A stretch of DNA of 64,000 nt from Eledone cirrhosa (Eukaryota). This document shows, piece after piece, positions 26,440-38,530 of this stretch. Within the stretch, counting starts at the first letter, position 1. Each line of letters begins with the position of its first letter. The translations under genes and the position numbers were made by a program. The notes beneath the pieces were generated by a model. It was not told the origin of the DNA. It did no database searches and saw only the letters and a program-made list of their open reading frames with translations. Location of the stretch: contig OZ024752.1 in assembly GCA_964016885.1 (NCBI GenBank), positions 30,504,001-30,568,000 on the forward strand, given 5' to 3'.

Positions 26440-27318
26440 GCTCATTGTAGCTAAGATGAACCTTACACTGAGCTTCTAAAGTTTGGCTGCTCATTAAAGT
26501 TAAGATGAGCCTTACACTGAGCTTCTAAAGTTTGGCTGCTCATTAAAGTTAAGATGAGCCTTACACTGAACTTCTAAAGTTTGGTTGCTCATTAAAGTTA
26601 AGATGAGCCTTACACTGAACTTCTAAAGTTTGGTTGCTCATTAAAGTTAAGATGAGCCTTACACTGAACTTCTAAAGTTTGGCTGCTCATTAAAGTTAAG
26701 ATGAGCCTTACACTGAACTTCTAAAGTTTGGTTGCTCATTAAAGTTAAGATGAGCCTTACACTGAACTTCTAAAGTTTGGCTGCTCATTAAAGTTAAGAT
26801 GAGCCTTACACTGAACTTCTAAAGTTTGGTTGCTCATTAAAGTTAAGATGAGCCTTACACTGAACTTCTAAAGTTTGGCTGCTCATTAAAGTTAAGATGA
26901 GCCTTACACTGAACTTCTAAAGTTTGGTTGCTCATTAAAGTTAAGATGAGCCTTACACTGAACTTCTAAAGTTTGGCTGCTCATTAAAGTTAAGATGAGC
27001 CTTACACTGAACTTCTAAAGTTTGGTTGCTCATTAAAGTTAAGATGAGCCTTACACTGAACTTCTAAAGTTTGGTTGCTCATTAAAGTTAAGATGAGCCT
27101 TACACTGAACTTCTAAAGTTTGGTTGCTCATTGTATCTAAGATGAGCCTTACATTGAGCTTCTAAATCTTGGCTGCTCATTTAAGTTAAGATGAATCTTA
27201 CATTGAACTTGTAATGTTTGGTTGCTCATTGTAGCTAAGATGAGCCTTACGCTGAGCTTCTATTGTTTGGCTGCTCATTAAAGTTAAGACGAGTCTTACA
27301 TTGAACTTTTAAATTTCT
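26440..27318. repeat. 49-bp minisatellite, about 18 copies
   Basis: Unit gctcattaaagttaagatgagccttacactgaacttctaaagtttgg(c/t)t. Homogeneous centre, diverged edges. Confidence 0.95.
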
Positions 27319-27419
27319 AAACTGACCAGTTTATTTGTATTGCTAACTTGGTGAAAATAATGACAGGATGTGTTTAAATCTTGAACCAAGATAGGTTTTA
27401 AAATTGTTTCCTCCTATTT

Positions 27420-27444
27420 GTACATATATATATGTGTGTGTGTG

Positions 27445-27489
<45 letters not shown>

Positions 27490-27577
27490 GTGCGTGTGTG
27501 TTGTAAATATATATATATATATATACATACATATATGTATATATGCATGTGTATGTATATACACATGCATATATACA

Positions 27578-27624
<47 letters not shown>

Positions 27625-27880
27625 ATTAGGTATGTATATATATATGTGTGTATATACATATGTGTATATATGTATATATGTATATATATATATGTATATA
27701 TGTATATATACATATGTGTATATGTATATATACATGTGTATATGTATATATACATATGTGTATATTATATATGTATGTGTATATTATATATGTATGTATA
27801 TATATATATATGTGTGTATATACATGTGTATATATATATGTGTGTATATGTATATATACATATGTGTCTATGTACATGTG

Positions 27881-27935
<55 letters not shown>
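27420..27935. repeat. Compound (TA)n/(TG)n microsatellite
   Basis: Direct inspection. Confidence 0.95.
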
Positions 27936-27936
<1 letters not shown>

Positions 27937-28395
27937 ATGTTATGAACAAGGCAATAATAAAATAGATTAATGTACAAATCTGTACAGTTGTTGTACAATT
28001 TCAACTATTTTTGTCAAACTGCTGTTAACTAGTTTACAAATATTCCTAGTATTCGTGATTATTACTGCCAGATGTATTTTTCAATTTCAGTTGAATATAA
28101 TACTGAAAATTGTTAGAAATTTTACGTTGTTAATGTTTGTTAACTAGTCCATCTAACCAATGCCAGCATGGAAAAAATAAACAAAAATAAACAGCTATTA
28201 ATTGTTAATGATGGTGGGGATCTCTTTATAATTAACCATATTGTTTATGTTGGTTCTGATCCTCTTACCACAAAAGCTGATGAAAATATTTATATAAAGT
28301 GAACTGCTTTTTGAGGGTGAAAGAAGATAGATAAAAAATAATTATCTACTGAAAAATATTGACTCTAGGAGCATACACATTTTTATTATGTGTGC

Positions 28396-28803
28396 TCTCT
28401 CTCTCGCTCTATCTATCTATCTATCTCTATATCTCTAACTCTCTATCTCTTCTTTCTCCCCTCTTCTTTCTCTTCTCTCTCTCTTCTCTTATTTCTCTTC
28501 TCTCTCTCTTCTCTTCTTTCTCTTCTCTCTCTCTTCTCTTTTTTCTCTTCTCTCTCTCTTCTCTTATTTCTCTTCTCTCTCTCTTCTCTTCTTTCTCTTC
28601 TCTCTCTCTTCTCTTTTTTCTCTTCTCTCTCTCTTCTCTTATTTCTCTTCTCTCTCTCTTGCTCTATCTATCTATCTATCTCTAGCTCTCTATCTCTTCT
28701 CTCTCTCTTCTCTTACTTCTCTTCTCTCTCTCTTCTCTTATTTCTCTTCTCTCTCTCTCACTTCTCTTCTTTTTCTCTTTCTTCTTTCTCTCTCCCTCTC
28801 CCT
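28396..28803. repeat. (CT)-rich polypyrimidine low-complexity tract
   Basis: Repeats of ttctcttctctctctc with higher-order periodicity. Confidence 0.9.
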
Positions 28804-29506
28804 CGGAGGTAGCAACATATTATGGATAGCATCTTTTAGTTGACTCTGTGTTGTTTAGAATTGTTTATAATTGAAATATTGTAAGCCTGCTTCCCATTGT
28901 GCCTTGTATGGGCCATCTGAAGTATGCTCAAGGAAAATAAACAAGGTGTCATCTCTTTCTCTTTCTTTCTCTTTTATTTCTTCATGTTTACAGAATCTTT
29001 TTTTTTAATTATTATTACATGAATCTCTTTTTTTTAACATTGTTTATCGTTGTTTTGTTTGTTATCATATTATGGTTTGTATACCTCCTGATATTGAGCT
29101 GTAGAATTATAGCTTAATTTTTTTGATACTAGCCCAGATTAAACCAACTATGGTTCTATGAAACAAAACCTCCCCCTTTGAAGGGTTCCTAGTTAAATAA
29201 AAATCTTACCACATAATATTTACAAGAACCATATGTTAAGTTAGTATCTTGGTAATGAAATAATTAATAATTTCAGTCAATGTCGCAAAATTCTTCATCA
29301 GTTAATTAAAATAGAGGGAGTTACATTAGAAATAGTGTCATGAAAATGTTTAGATGCCTATGTTGGAATGTTTCAACAACTATTTTTATGGTCTTCTTCC
29401 CGGCACAAATAAGACCAACAAAACTGCAATATGGTGAGAGGTAACAAAAAAAAACAATAACCTTCAGGGAATCTTCAATAGGTTGTTAACAATAACAATT
29501 TACTAT

Positions 29507-30074
29507 TTAACCCTTTAACATTTAAACCAGCCATATCCGGTCAGAATTCTTTCACCTCTTTCTGTTCAAACCGGCTCTAATCAGCTGCTCATACCTGTGT
29601 TAAGGTATTGTTCTCAAAATAAATAACATCAAAATCTCACAGATTCGATATATTTGAGGTAAAGCCATTATCATGAAAATATAATAGTAAATATAGAGTA
29701 ATCATCATCATCATCATCATTTTACGCCCACTTTTCCCTGCTTGCAAGGGTGGGACGGGAACTGATTTGGGCTTGATTTCTACAGCTGGATGCCCTTCCT
29801 AACACCAACCTCATTTATAGTGAGTGCTGGGTGCTTTTTTTCCGTGGCGCCTACACGTCCACTTTACAATGTGGGCTGGGTGCTTTTTTTTCCGTGGCAC
29901 CTCCATGACCACTTTGCAGCTGAGTAAACTGGAGCAATGTGAAATAAAGTGTCTTGCTCAAGGAAACAACACATCACCCGGTCTGAGAATTGAACTCACA
30001 ACCTTTTGATTGCAAGGCCAATGCTCTAACCACTAAGCCATGTGCCTCCATTAATGTAAATGCTAAAGGGTTAA
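29507..30074. mobile_element. piggyBac-type MITE family P interrupted by a SINE B insertion
   Basis: Left TIR ttaaccctttaacattt and right TIR aaatgctaaagggttaa. The MITE sequence resumes after the SINE. Confidence 0.75.
29701..30050 (-). mobile_element. SINE family B (tRNA head, CORE-like domain, RTE-derived tail)
   Basis: Reverse complement of 59148-59493; (ATC)n tail at the left end. Confidence 0.88.
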
Positions 30075-30959
30075 ATTAATAAGTTAGCAATAAATCACCA
30101 ATCTTGCCCATTTAACAGTTTCACATATTTCACATTGTTACAAAATATAAATAAAATGTAAAGTAGAACAACACCTTATTGTTAAGTTAATATATTTAAT
30201 ATTCAATTAGTAAATTATCTCCCTAATAGTTATACTATATTATTTTCTAATTATCACAATCATACATATTGATTAGCATAAATAAGATGTAATTACAAAA
30301 CATTTGTTTAAGACATTGTATTTTGTACAATATCCTAATCAATAATTCAATTAATCAGCATATTTATAGAAACTAATTTGTAATTCCATCTCAAGAATGA
30401 AACCAGAAAGTTGCTTCATTTGTATAGAATAAGAACAATTCTATAAAAAAAACAAAATAGATTTCAAAAGTCTTTTTACTATTCAAGGAAGTTTATTGTT
30501 GTTGATGTTGTTATTGTTGTCGTTGTTACTGGTTTTTCTGTTATTTATTGCATATAAAGAAACTCTAGTCAATTAATATTGTAATGGTGATATAATTTGG
30601 AATGAGGCTTTACCTCATAAAATTATCTCCTATACTATCGAATCTATGAGATGTTGATATTATTTATGTTGAGAACAATACCTTAATATCAGTATGAGTG
30701 GCTGGTTACAGCCAGTTTCAACAGAAAGAGGTGAGAGCATTCTGGCCAGATACAGCTGGTTTAAATACTAAATGGTTAATTCTGAAATAGGAAATTCAAA
30801 AGTTCTGCTTAAATTTTAAAGTTTGTTGTTAATTTTTTCCATTATAATTCACTATTGCCTTATTAGATATCTTATAACTTTGCCTTATCAAATATCATAC
30901 TGGAAGTTTCGAAATGTACTGTATTAGATACCATATAACCAGAAATTTGGTATCTATTA

Positions 30960-31490
30960 TATTAAAATTTTCCTCTTGGACACAAAAGGAAAGTGGGGAA
31001 GGCTTGAATTAAGATGCTTAAGAAAGAGATGTTAACTATATCCAACTAACATCTGAATACCACACCGCCACAAACCAAAAGACATAACTATGGCAACTAA
31101 CAGCAATAGTCAAAAACAGGAGCAGAGAACCCACAACTTCCGCCACTACACTTGCTCCAAAAAACTACTTCCTTCACATTCCATTACACATTCAAATATA
31201 CATTAAGCTCCTAATAAGCTTAACACCCGTGAAAATGAATAAAGAATGAACCATAGTTATCTTCCATAGTATATCTAACATAAAATATTAAATATACACC
31301 TAACACTTAAAATGTTATATAATACTTACACTAACACGCAAAGCAGTGTAGACAAAATACAAAATTATGACGGATGATATATTATAGTTTCCAAAACAAA
31401 CCAATAATACTCCTACATTAAACAAAATTTTAAAAATAATAACACTTTTCCCACCTCTCAACTTAAACTTTAGCTATATCAACACTACAC
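30960..31490 (+). mobile_element. Highly decayed RT remnant, possibly PLE
   Basis: Scattered fragments such as KNYF and TDDIL*F...LNKILKII..F..LNLNF resemble RT motifs; many stops. Confidence 0.3.
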
Positions 31491-31800
31491 CAGGAGTTGT
31501 GACCATTAGATGGTATCAGTAATGGAAAGACAAATGGAAACATTGTTTCTTTGGTCCAATTTGATGAGTTCCACCCCACTTGGTAAGCAAATGAGGTCTG
31601 GAATTTTGTTGATTGAACTCTATATTAACACTTCACCAACTGATCAAATCAAGTGAGAAACCCTTTGTTTCAGAGACCTTTCAATAGGGATCTTTGTCCC
31701 CACAGTATCAGAGGCATAGTACTACAATATATATGAATATACTTCTATCGTAGGCCCACCTAATATCAATATCAATATAAAGATAAAGATAAAACATATA

Positions 31801-31834
<34 letters not shown>

Positions 31835-31976
31835 TATCAAGAAAACGAAAAATCAGTGATGCATCTGGACTTAGTTTATTTTGTGTTACAAATGTTTCTT
31901 GATATACACTCTACTCTGAATATCGAGTGCTAATTTTGGCATACCGCCTACGGAAGCACCATAGCTACCACTATAC

Positions 31977-32021
<45 letters not shown>

Positions 32022-32749
32022 GAGAGAGAGATTGTAAATATAAAGCCAATGCTTAGCACTAGAGTGAAAATTAAAAAGTTAAGCACCAAAGCTTGAGGTG
32101 GGTGTTTCTTCTCTGAAGATCTTTTGCTGTCCAGCTCTTCTGAAAGTTTCTTACCACTACAAAACAGATGCAGAATTAATCACTTATTGTGTATCACATT
32201 AATTCAACGTTATTGAAAATACCATGAGTACTTATTTCAAACAAGTTGGAAAATGTCCACTGTAGTGACTAGTGTCCTAGCCTGTGATAAAATAAAACAT
32301 CTGATACTAGATATCAAATATCACCCTTTAAGGTAGCTGTCAAATACATTATTTGAAGTATATTTAACTAAAAACTGTTTAACTTGCTAGTGTGGTTTAT
32401 TAACTAAAGAATGTTTTCAGTGAATGTAATTATGTTTTAATCACTAAGGAGTTTAACAAATCAATATATTTAGCCCAAATTATACCATTTATTGTTTCTA
32501 TTATTAAATTTACATTTATTTCATCTCCTCCCTATTTTAAGGTTAACATTTGTAACTCCTTTTGTGTCTTAAAACTTAAATAGAAGCAATAATTATATGT
32601 CAAGCAGTACTAAGTATAATAGGTTAGAGAAGACATTTTAAGAACACTAGAACATTGTTATGGGGAGACAATACACCAGAAATATCTTACTGGTTGATAC
32701 ATTGTTCAGAAGATAGACAAATTAAAGAATAGAATTTGTGGTGATATCC

Positions 32750-32895
32750 TGTGTCTATGTATGCAGAGGGACTGGCATAGGACTGCCTGCAATGGAGGGC
32801 ATTGGTGAACCTGGTTAGCTCTATGCATAATGATGTCTCTAGGATGGCCCCAGTCCCACCGAGCAAGAGCAAAGAAGAAGGAGGAGGAAAAGAAG
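32750..32895 (+). mobile_element. LINE (RTE-like) extreme 3' fragment
   Basis: EGLA*DCLQWRALVNLV (cf. AxDRxxWRxLV), then a GAA/GGA-rich tail. Confidence 0.5.
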
Positions 32896-33544
32896 ATATA
32901 TATATGTAGGAGGTCTTTGAAATGATAAATAGGATGACATAAAGATCTGAAGAGAACATCATAAAACTTTAATGACAAAGAATAATGGCAGAGAGCATGT
33001 AAAGTGTGAAAATGGAAATAACAGGCTCCAATGAGTTTATAACTTCTATATTCTTCAAAGAATGACATTGGAAATTGGGTTCAGAAAATATGACAGTAAA
33101 TATAATGCTAAAAACATAATTACTATGTTCAAGCATATATTGATATAAATATTCCCTAACTTGACACAGTGTTTGTATCCCTTGATACTTCGGTGTAGGG
33201 GATAAAATCATTAAGATGCTGAACAGCTTTGTGGTAGGTGGAAACCAGGTAGGAAAAGACAATTAAAAATTGAGTAGATAGAAACATAAATGGTAAAATT
33301 AATAGTGTAAAAAATTCCTCCTGCTTTAGCAACTGCTTGCTTAAAAAATACAGATGCTTATTAAAGATTACACTTGAGAAACCAAAAGGTCTGTGAGAAG
33401 ATGAGAATATTTGATCAATGATCAATTGACCTGATGTAAATGGTCAAGAAGAATGTCTGTAAATGTTTAGATGGTAGGAAGAAAGTTATTGAAAATTAAA
33501 ATTTATCATAGATAAAAGACCTGAAACTTGTCAATGCAAGTTGG

Positions 33545-33970
33545 AACGATGTATTAAGAGATGTGACTGAGCTTGGTCATTGGAGCACTTCAGCTGCCTC
33601 GTGTGTCTCAAGATGGAAGATGCATTGATAGATGTAAGTGACCATGGTCATTGGAGCACTTTGGCTGCTTCATGTGTCTCAAGTTGGGGGATGTATTGAT
33701 AGATGTAAGTGACCATGGTCATTGGAGCACTTTGGCTGCTTCATGTGTCTCAAGTTGGGGGATGTATTGATAGATGTAAGTGACCATGGTCATTGGAGCA
33801 CTTTGGCTGCTTCATGTGTCTCAAGTTGGGGGATGTATTGATAGATGTAAGTGACCATGGTCATTGGAGCACTTTGGCTGCTTCATGTGTCTCAAGTTGG
33901 GGGATGTATTGATAGATGTAAGTGACTGTGGTCATTGGAACACTTTGGCTGCCTCATATGTTTCAAGATG
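33545..33970. repeat. 71-bp minisatellite, about 6 copies
   Basis: ttggctg recurs at 33661, 33732 and 33803 (71-bp period). Confidence 0.93.
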
Positions 33971-34303
33971 TGGGAGCTTCTAAATCTCTGGGAAACCACA
34001 TTTACATAGAAGTTTGTTTCAAATATTTCCATGGTGGATGGGTTTAATGATGGTATTTGGAAGCAGAAATCTATGATCAGATGATGCCCTTCATGGTGCC
34101 AACCCTCATTTTTTTTCTAAGTAAGGTATGGAGCTTTCCTGAGATAGACCAGCATCCTGTCCAAGGAGAGCTTTGTACTGTCAATCATTTAACACCAAAG
34201 AAACTGGGGATAAGCATGAGGCTGATGAGCCTTCAGCTTAGAACAGACTTTAACTTTGTATATATATATATATATGGATTTAAATGAGTCGAAGTCAGTG
34301 TTG

Positions 34304-34415
34304 CAGCATATGTACAAACTTTTTAATAATTGTTTTGATATCGATCAATCGATCAGCTTAGGGTACAATCAAGGTGATGGGGCTCGACTCTTTTTTGACA
34401 TCTCGTCAGATATGC
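34304..34415 (-). ncRNA. Decayed hammerhead ribozyme with extended stem II
   Basis: Minus strand: gcatat-CTGACGA-gatgtc...gatatc-(A)AAAC-aa..tt-GTA-c-atatgc. GAAA to AAAA is consistent with CpG decay. Same family as ~5600-5705 and 42060-42300. Confidence 0.5.
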
Positions 34416-34473
34416 GAGCTTATATGTGCAAAGAGCCGCCTATAACTGTTGTTACACACCTAACATATATATA

Positions 34474-35334
34474 TATATCGAAGGTATATATTGAGTTAGA
34501 AACTCAAAATAGTCTCTTACAATAAAATAACTCTAGGAAAGAGATTTTTCCAAGCCGTATATTATAACTGAATATAAAAGAAAAAGGAACACAAATATAT
34601 ACATATATGTGTTCAAATCGTAAGGGACCAGATTCGCTAAGGTGAAAAGAATACTAACTATAGACAATAGGGTTTGCCAGACTCAATTTAAGAATAAATC
34701 AAGAAAGTAAATACAAACCTGTTTGTATTTACTTTCTTGATTTATTCTTAAATTGTATATATCTGTATTCTTAAATGTATATATCTGTGTTCGTTTTTCT
34801 TTTATATTCATATATTATATACGGCTTGGAAAAATCTCTTTCCTAGAGCTATTTTAATGTAAGAGACTATTTTGAGTTTCTAACTCAATATATACCTTTG
34901 ATATATTCGGCTCCATTAATTTGTTGAGCTAATTCAAATGTCGAGTAAACCTGGCTGCTATTTTTAGTGGTGTGAGTTTGTGAGACACGCTAAGTTCAGA
35001 TACCATGTGCGTTATTATATATACACACACTATTCAGTTTTTTAATATACTTAGAAGTGACCAGGATACTAATAATTCTTCACCCACTGATGAGCAAGAA
35101 TTGGTATTCCTCTTCACAATTAATTTTGTGAAACAGCATTATCAAAGCTGTCTGGGTGATAGGTAGTTACCAAAATTCCGGTTTGTATTAACTTTCTTGA
35201 TTTATTCTTAAATTGAGTCTGGCAAACCCTATTGTCTATAGTTAGTATTCTTTTCACCTTAGCGAATCTGGTCCCTTACGATTTGAACACATATATGTAT
35301 ATATCTGTGTTCGTTTTTCTTTTATATTCAGTTA

Positions 35335-35340
<6 letters not shown>
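34474..35340 (+). mobile_element. Non-autonomous PLE/retrozyme-like element: inverted repeat arm, partial tandem repeat and hammerhead ribozyme
   Basis: 34474-34720 is the reverse complement of 34721-34905 (which carries a deletion) and, over 34561-34720, of 35180-35340. The direct repeat gtttgtatt(t/a)actttcttgatttattcttaaattg occurs at ~34722 and ~35181. Bounded by (TA)n. Confidence 0.8.
35080..35159 (+). ncRNA. Type I hammerhead ribozyme
   Basis: Stem I tcaccca/tgggtga; core CTGATGA 35087-35093; stem II gcaaga../..ttttgt; GAAA 35130-35133; stem III cagc/gctg; GUC with predicted cleavage after 35152. Confidence 0.85.
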
Positions 35341-35389
<49 letters not shown>

Positions 35390-35639
35390 CCTGCAGTATC
35401 TGTTAACAGTTCTATGAGATGCCATGTTTCTTAAATTACTTTCTCTTGATTTACATTTACAGAGAAATAGAAAATTGTTTTTTTCTTTTGTTTTGTTTTT
35501 TTCCTTTCAGAGTAGAATCCTCCATTATAAAATGTTAACTTGACATTTATTTAACAATGAAGTGCACACTTGAAAATATGCTTGTCAGATATCTTCAAAT
35601 GATATGGATGATATATCTTATATAAAATATTTCCAGTTT

Positions 35640-35850
35640 TACATATCTTCTTATTTTCTTACACCCACTTATTCCTAAGAGGGTTATTGGGGACAGAGTC
35701 CTCAGACATGCCTTCCAAAGGGTCCTATCAGAAGCAAACACCACCAAATAATCTGGCTGTTTCCCCAAGCAAGACCAACTGATGCCATGGTCCACCTGAG
35801 GATCTCCTGCCACTTGGGTTTACTCGTAAAATCTGTCCTGCAGTTGTTGG
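35640..35850 (-). mobile_element. RTE LINE 3' fragment
   Basis: SWSCLG...VFASDRTLWKACLRTLSP resembles the RTE C-terminal AxDRxxW motif. Confidence 0.55.
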
Positions 35851-36005
35851 ATTTATTTCTAGGTTACATTTTCATAATTTATTACGAATTGTACTTAAGT
35901 GAATAAATGTAATTCTCTGATATTAGCATTTTATTTATAATTCTATCCATTCTAAATAACTTATATTTATTTTAAACTTGTCTCTTTCTTTTTTTTTTTT
36001 TACAG

Positions 36006-36223
36006 CAGAATTACGAGAATGGGTTTTGGTCATTCTTGGCACAAAGGAACATCCCCGGCATCGCAATATCACTCCAGAAACTTCACGCATGAATCAGCAA
36101 TTTAAGTCTGTATATACTTGTGCTGGTGAATCTCCTAGCAGTAGGGTCTGCATAGGTTTGTGGATATTCACTTATATCATAGTTTCTGCTAGATTTTCCA
36201 CATTTTACATTCCACTTCTCTGA
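36006..36223 (+). CDS. Exon B of the same proprotein convertase gene: paralogous P-domain end plus a short tail with hydrophobic C-terminus; alternative to exon A
   Basis: Long T tract and tacag acceptor (NAGNAG tacagcag), phase 1 like exon A. Translates ELREWVLVILGTKEHPRHRNITPETSRMNQQFKSVYTCAGESPSSRVCIGLWIFTYIIVSARFSTFYIPLL*. Aligns with exon A (LLDWVLVLYGTDRHP vs LREWVLVILGTKEHP). A possible donor CTG|GTGAAT lies at 36125/36126. Confidence 0.78.
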
Positions 36224-36815
36224 TTGACACTGATGAGTAAAAGACGAAAGTTAGTGCTATTATTTTATCATGTACACAAGTGAAATATTTGCTCTGATAG
36301 CTACATCCAAGTCTTTTTTTTTTTTTTTTTTTTTTTAAAGAATGGGGAATTCCATTTCAATGTATTTCCAGAATATTGTTATACAATATTCATCTCCAGA
36401 TTTTCTCTAAGTGATAAATTTGCTGACACCAATGACGTATTGGTACAAAAATATCAGTTTCATATATTTCTGGGTTTTATTTTTGTTTTTGTTTCTTTTT
36501 TTTTTTCCCTCCACCAAACTTGTAAAAAGAAACTTGTTAGCTGTCATTGTATATTGTATATATTTCAAAGCATTGACTTAGAAGAAGAAAAAACAAAAAC
36601 ACATATCAATTCAAAGTACAACAACGTAAGTCTTGTGATACATGTATATTCTTGCATAAATATTTATTTTGAGGCAGGAAGATTCTATATTGGATACTTT
36701 TAAGAACTTGTGAATATTGAATGCCAATATACTGGTCTTTCCATTTAACTGCTTGGACAGTAACACAGGTCAATAAACAAAGAAATTTGTGATATTGCGA
36801 AGAATAAAAACTTGC

Positions 36816-37972
36816 TTTGTGTAATATCACACAACAGTGTTCAGAAAACTTGGTTTGTATAACATTCTGTGTAATATACACAACAGTGTTCAGAAAACTT
36901 GGTTTGTATAACATTCTGTGTAATATTACACAACAGTGTTCAGAAAATTTGGTTTGTGTAATTTTACACAACAGTGTTCAGAAAACTTGGTTTGTGTAAC
37001 ATTACATGTAATATTACACAAAAGTGTTCAGAAAATTTGGTTTGTGTAATTTTACACAAAAGTATTCAGAAAACTTGATTTGTGTAACATAATGTGTAAT
37101 TTTACACAAAAGTGTTCAGAAAACTTGGTTTGTATAACATTCTGAGTAATATTACACAAAGGTGATCAGAAAACTTGGTTTGTGTAACATTATGTGTAAT
37201 ATTACACAAAGGTGTTCAGAAAACTTGGGTTGTGTAATTTTACTCAACAGTGTTCAGAAAACTTAGTTTGTGTAACATTATATGTAATTTTACACAAAAG
37301 TGTTCAGAAAACTTGGTTTGTGAAACATTGTGTAATTTTACACAATAGTGTTCAGAAAACTTGGTTTGTGTAATTTTACACAACAGTGTTCAGAAAACTT
37401 GGTTTGTGTTATATTCTGTGTAATTTTACACAACAGTGATCAGAAAACTTGGTTTGTGTAACATTGTGTAATATTACACTACAGTGTTCAGAAAACTTGG
37501 TTTGTATAACATTTTGTGTAATATTACACAAATTTGTTCAGAAAACTTGGTTTGTGTAACATTATGTGTAATATTACACAAAGGTGTTCAGAAAACTTGG
37601 GTTGTGTAATTTTACTCAACAGTGTTCAGAAAACTTGGTTTGTGTAACAGTATGTGTAATTTTACACAAAAGTGTTCAGAAAACTTGGTTTGTGTAACAT
37701 TATGTGTAATTTTACACAACAGTGTTCAGAAAACTTGGTTTGTGTAATATTCTGTGTAATTTTACACAACAGTGATCAGAAAACTTGGTTTGTGTAACAT
37801 TGTGTAATATTACACTACAGTGTTCAGAAAACTTGGTTTACTCTTTTACCTGTTTCAGCCATCCGGCTGAGGCCATGCTGGGGCACCGCCCTTTGTATAA
37901 CATTTTGTGTAATATTACACAAATTTGTTCAGAAAACTTGGTTTGTGTAATTTTACACAACAGTGTTCAGAA
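36816..37972. repeat. Composite minisatellite (~34 and ~47-bp variants)
   Basis: Core tgtgtaat(a/t)ttacacaacagtgttcagaaaacttggtttg, with or without tgtaacatta. Interrupted at ~37838-37892 by a retroposon tail fragment. Confidence 0.93.
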
Positions 37973-38530
37973 AAAAGTATTATCTAGTTCATACTTTATA
38001 ATTTTAATAAATTTCATTTAAACTTCATGGAATTTTTATCTATTTAAATAATTTTTTTTTTTTTTCAAAAAGAAAATATAATTATAAATGAAAAATAAAC
38101 TGAATTACCTCATCAAAATAACTTGAAAATAACATTCTAATTGTTATAAACAATCATAATGATTGAATTAGGGATTTTTTTTTCCTTTGGCACAAGGGCA
38201 AGTTCTTTAAGGTTTAATGAATTTACCTAAAAGTATTAATGGTGCTTACCTTATCAAAATCCAGGTGTATGAACGGCAAATTCACCCCTTAGCATGACTT
38301 GCAGTCAAAATGATGAGGCATTAAATTAAATACCCTTAAAAAACAGGTTTTTTTTTGTTATTTTTTTTTTCATTTCATTTGTGCCAACTTCCCTTTAAAA
38401 AATAGCAACAAACATTAACAGATATTTTAACTGGGATCAAAGTTAATTTCTGTTGATGACAGGGCAGATAGATTAATCAGCATCACTACATTACTGAGAA
38501 GAAAACACTAGTTGACATAAATTAGCTTAA

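Noticed and set aside
26440-27318. Regular repeat arrays as CRISPR (also 33.5 and 53.1 kb)
   Set aside because: Head-to-tail units with no unique spacers, no cas genes, eukaryotic context.
27343-28004. Long [12 protein letters not shown] ORFs (also near 4.3, 16, 44.6 and 54.2 kb)
   Set aside because: Translations of (TA)n/(CA)n microsatellites, not genes.
28359-28812. Leu/Ser/Phe-rich membrane-protein-like ORFs
   Set aside because: Translation of the (CT)n low-complexity tract.
36224-36265. CTGATGA-gt..ac-GAAA hammerhead-like core just after the exon B stop
   Set aside because: Stem II is only 2 bp, and I could not form stems I and III in any topology.
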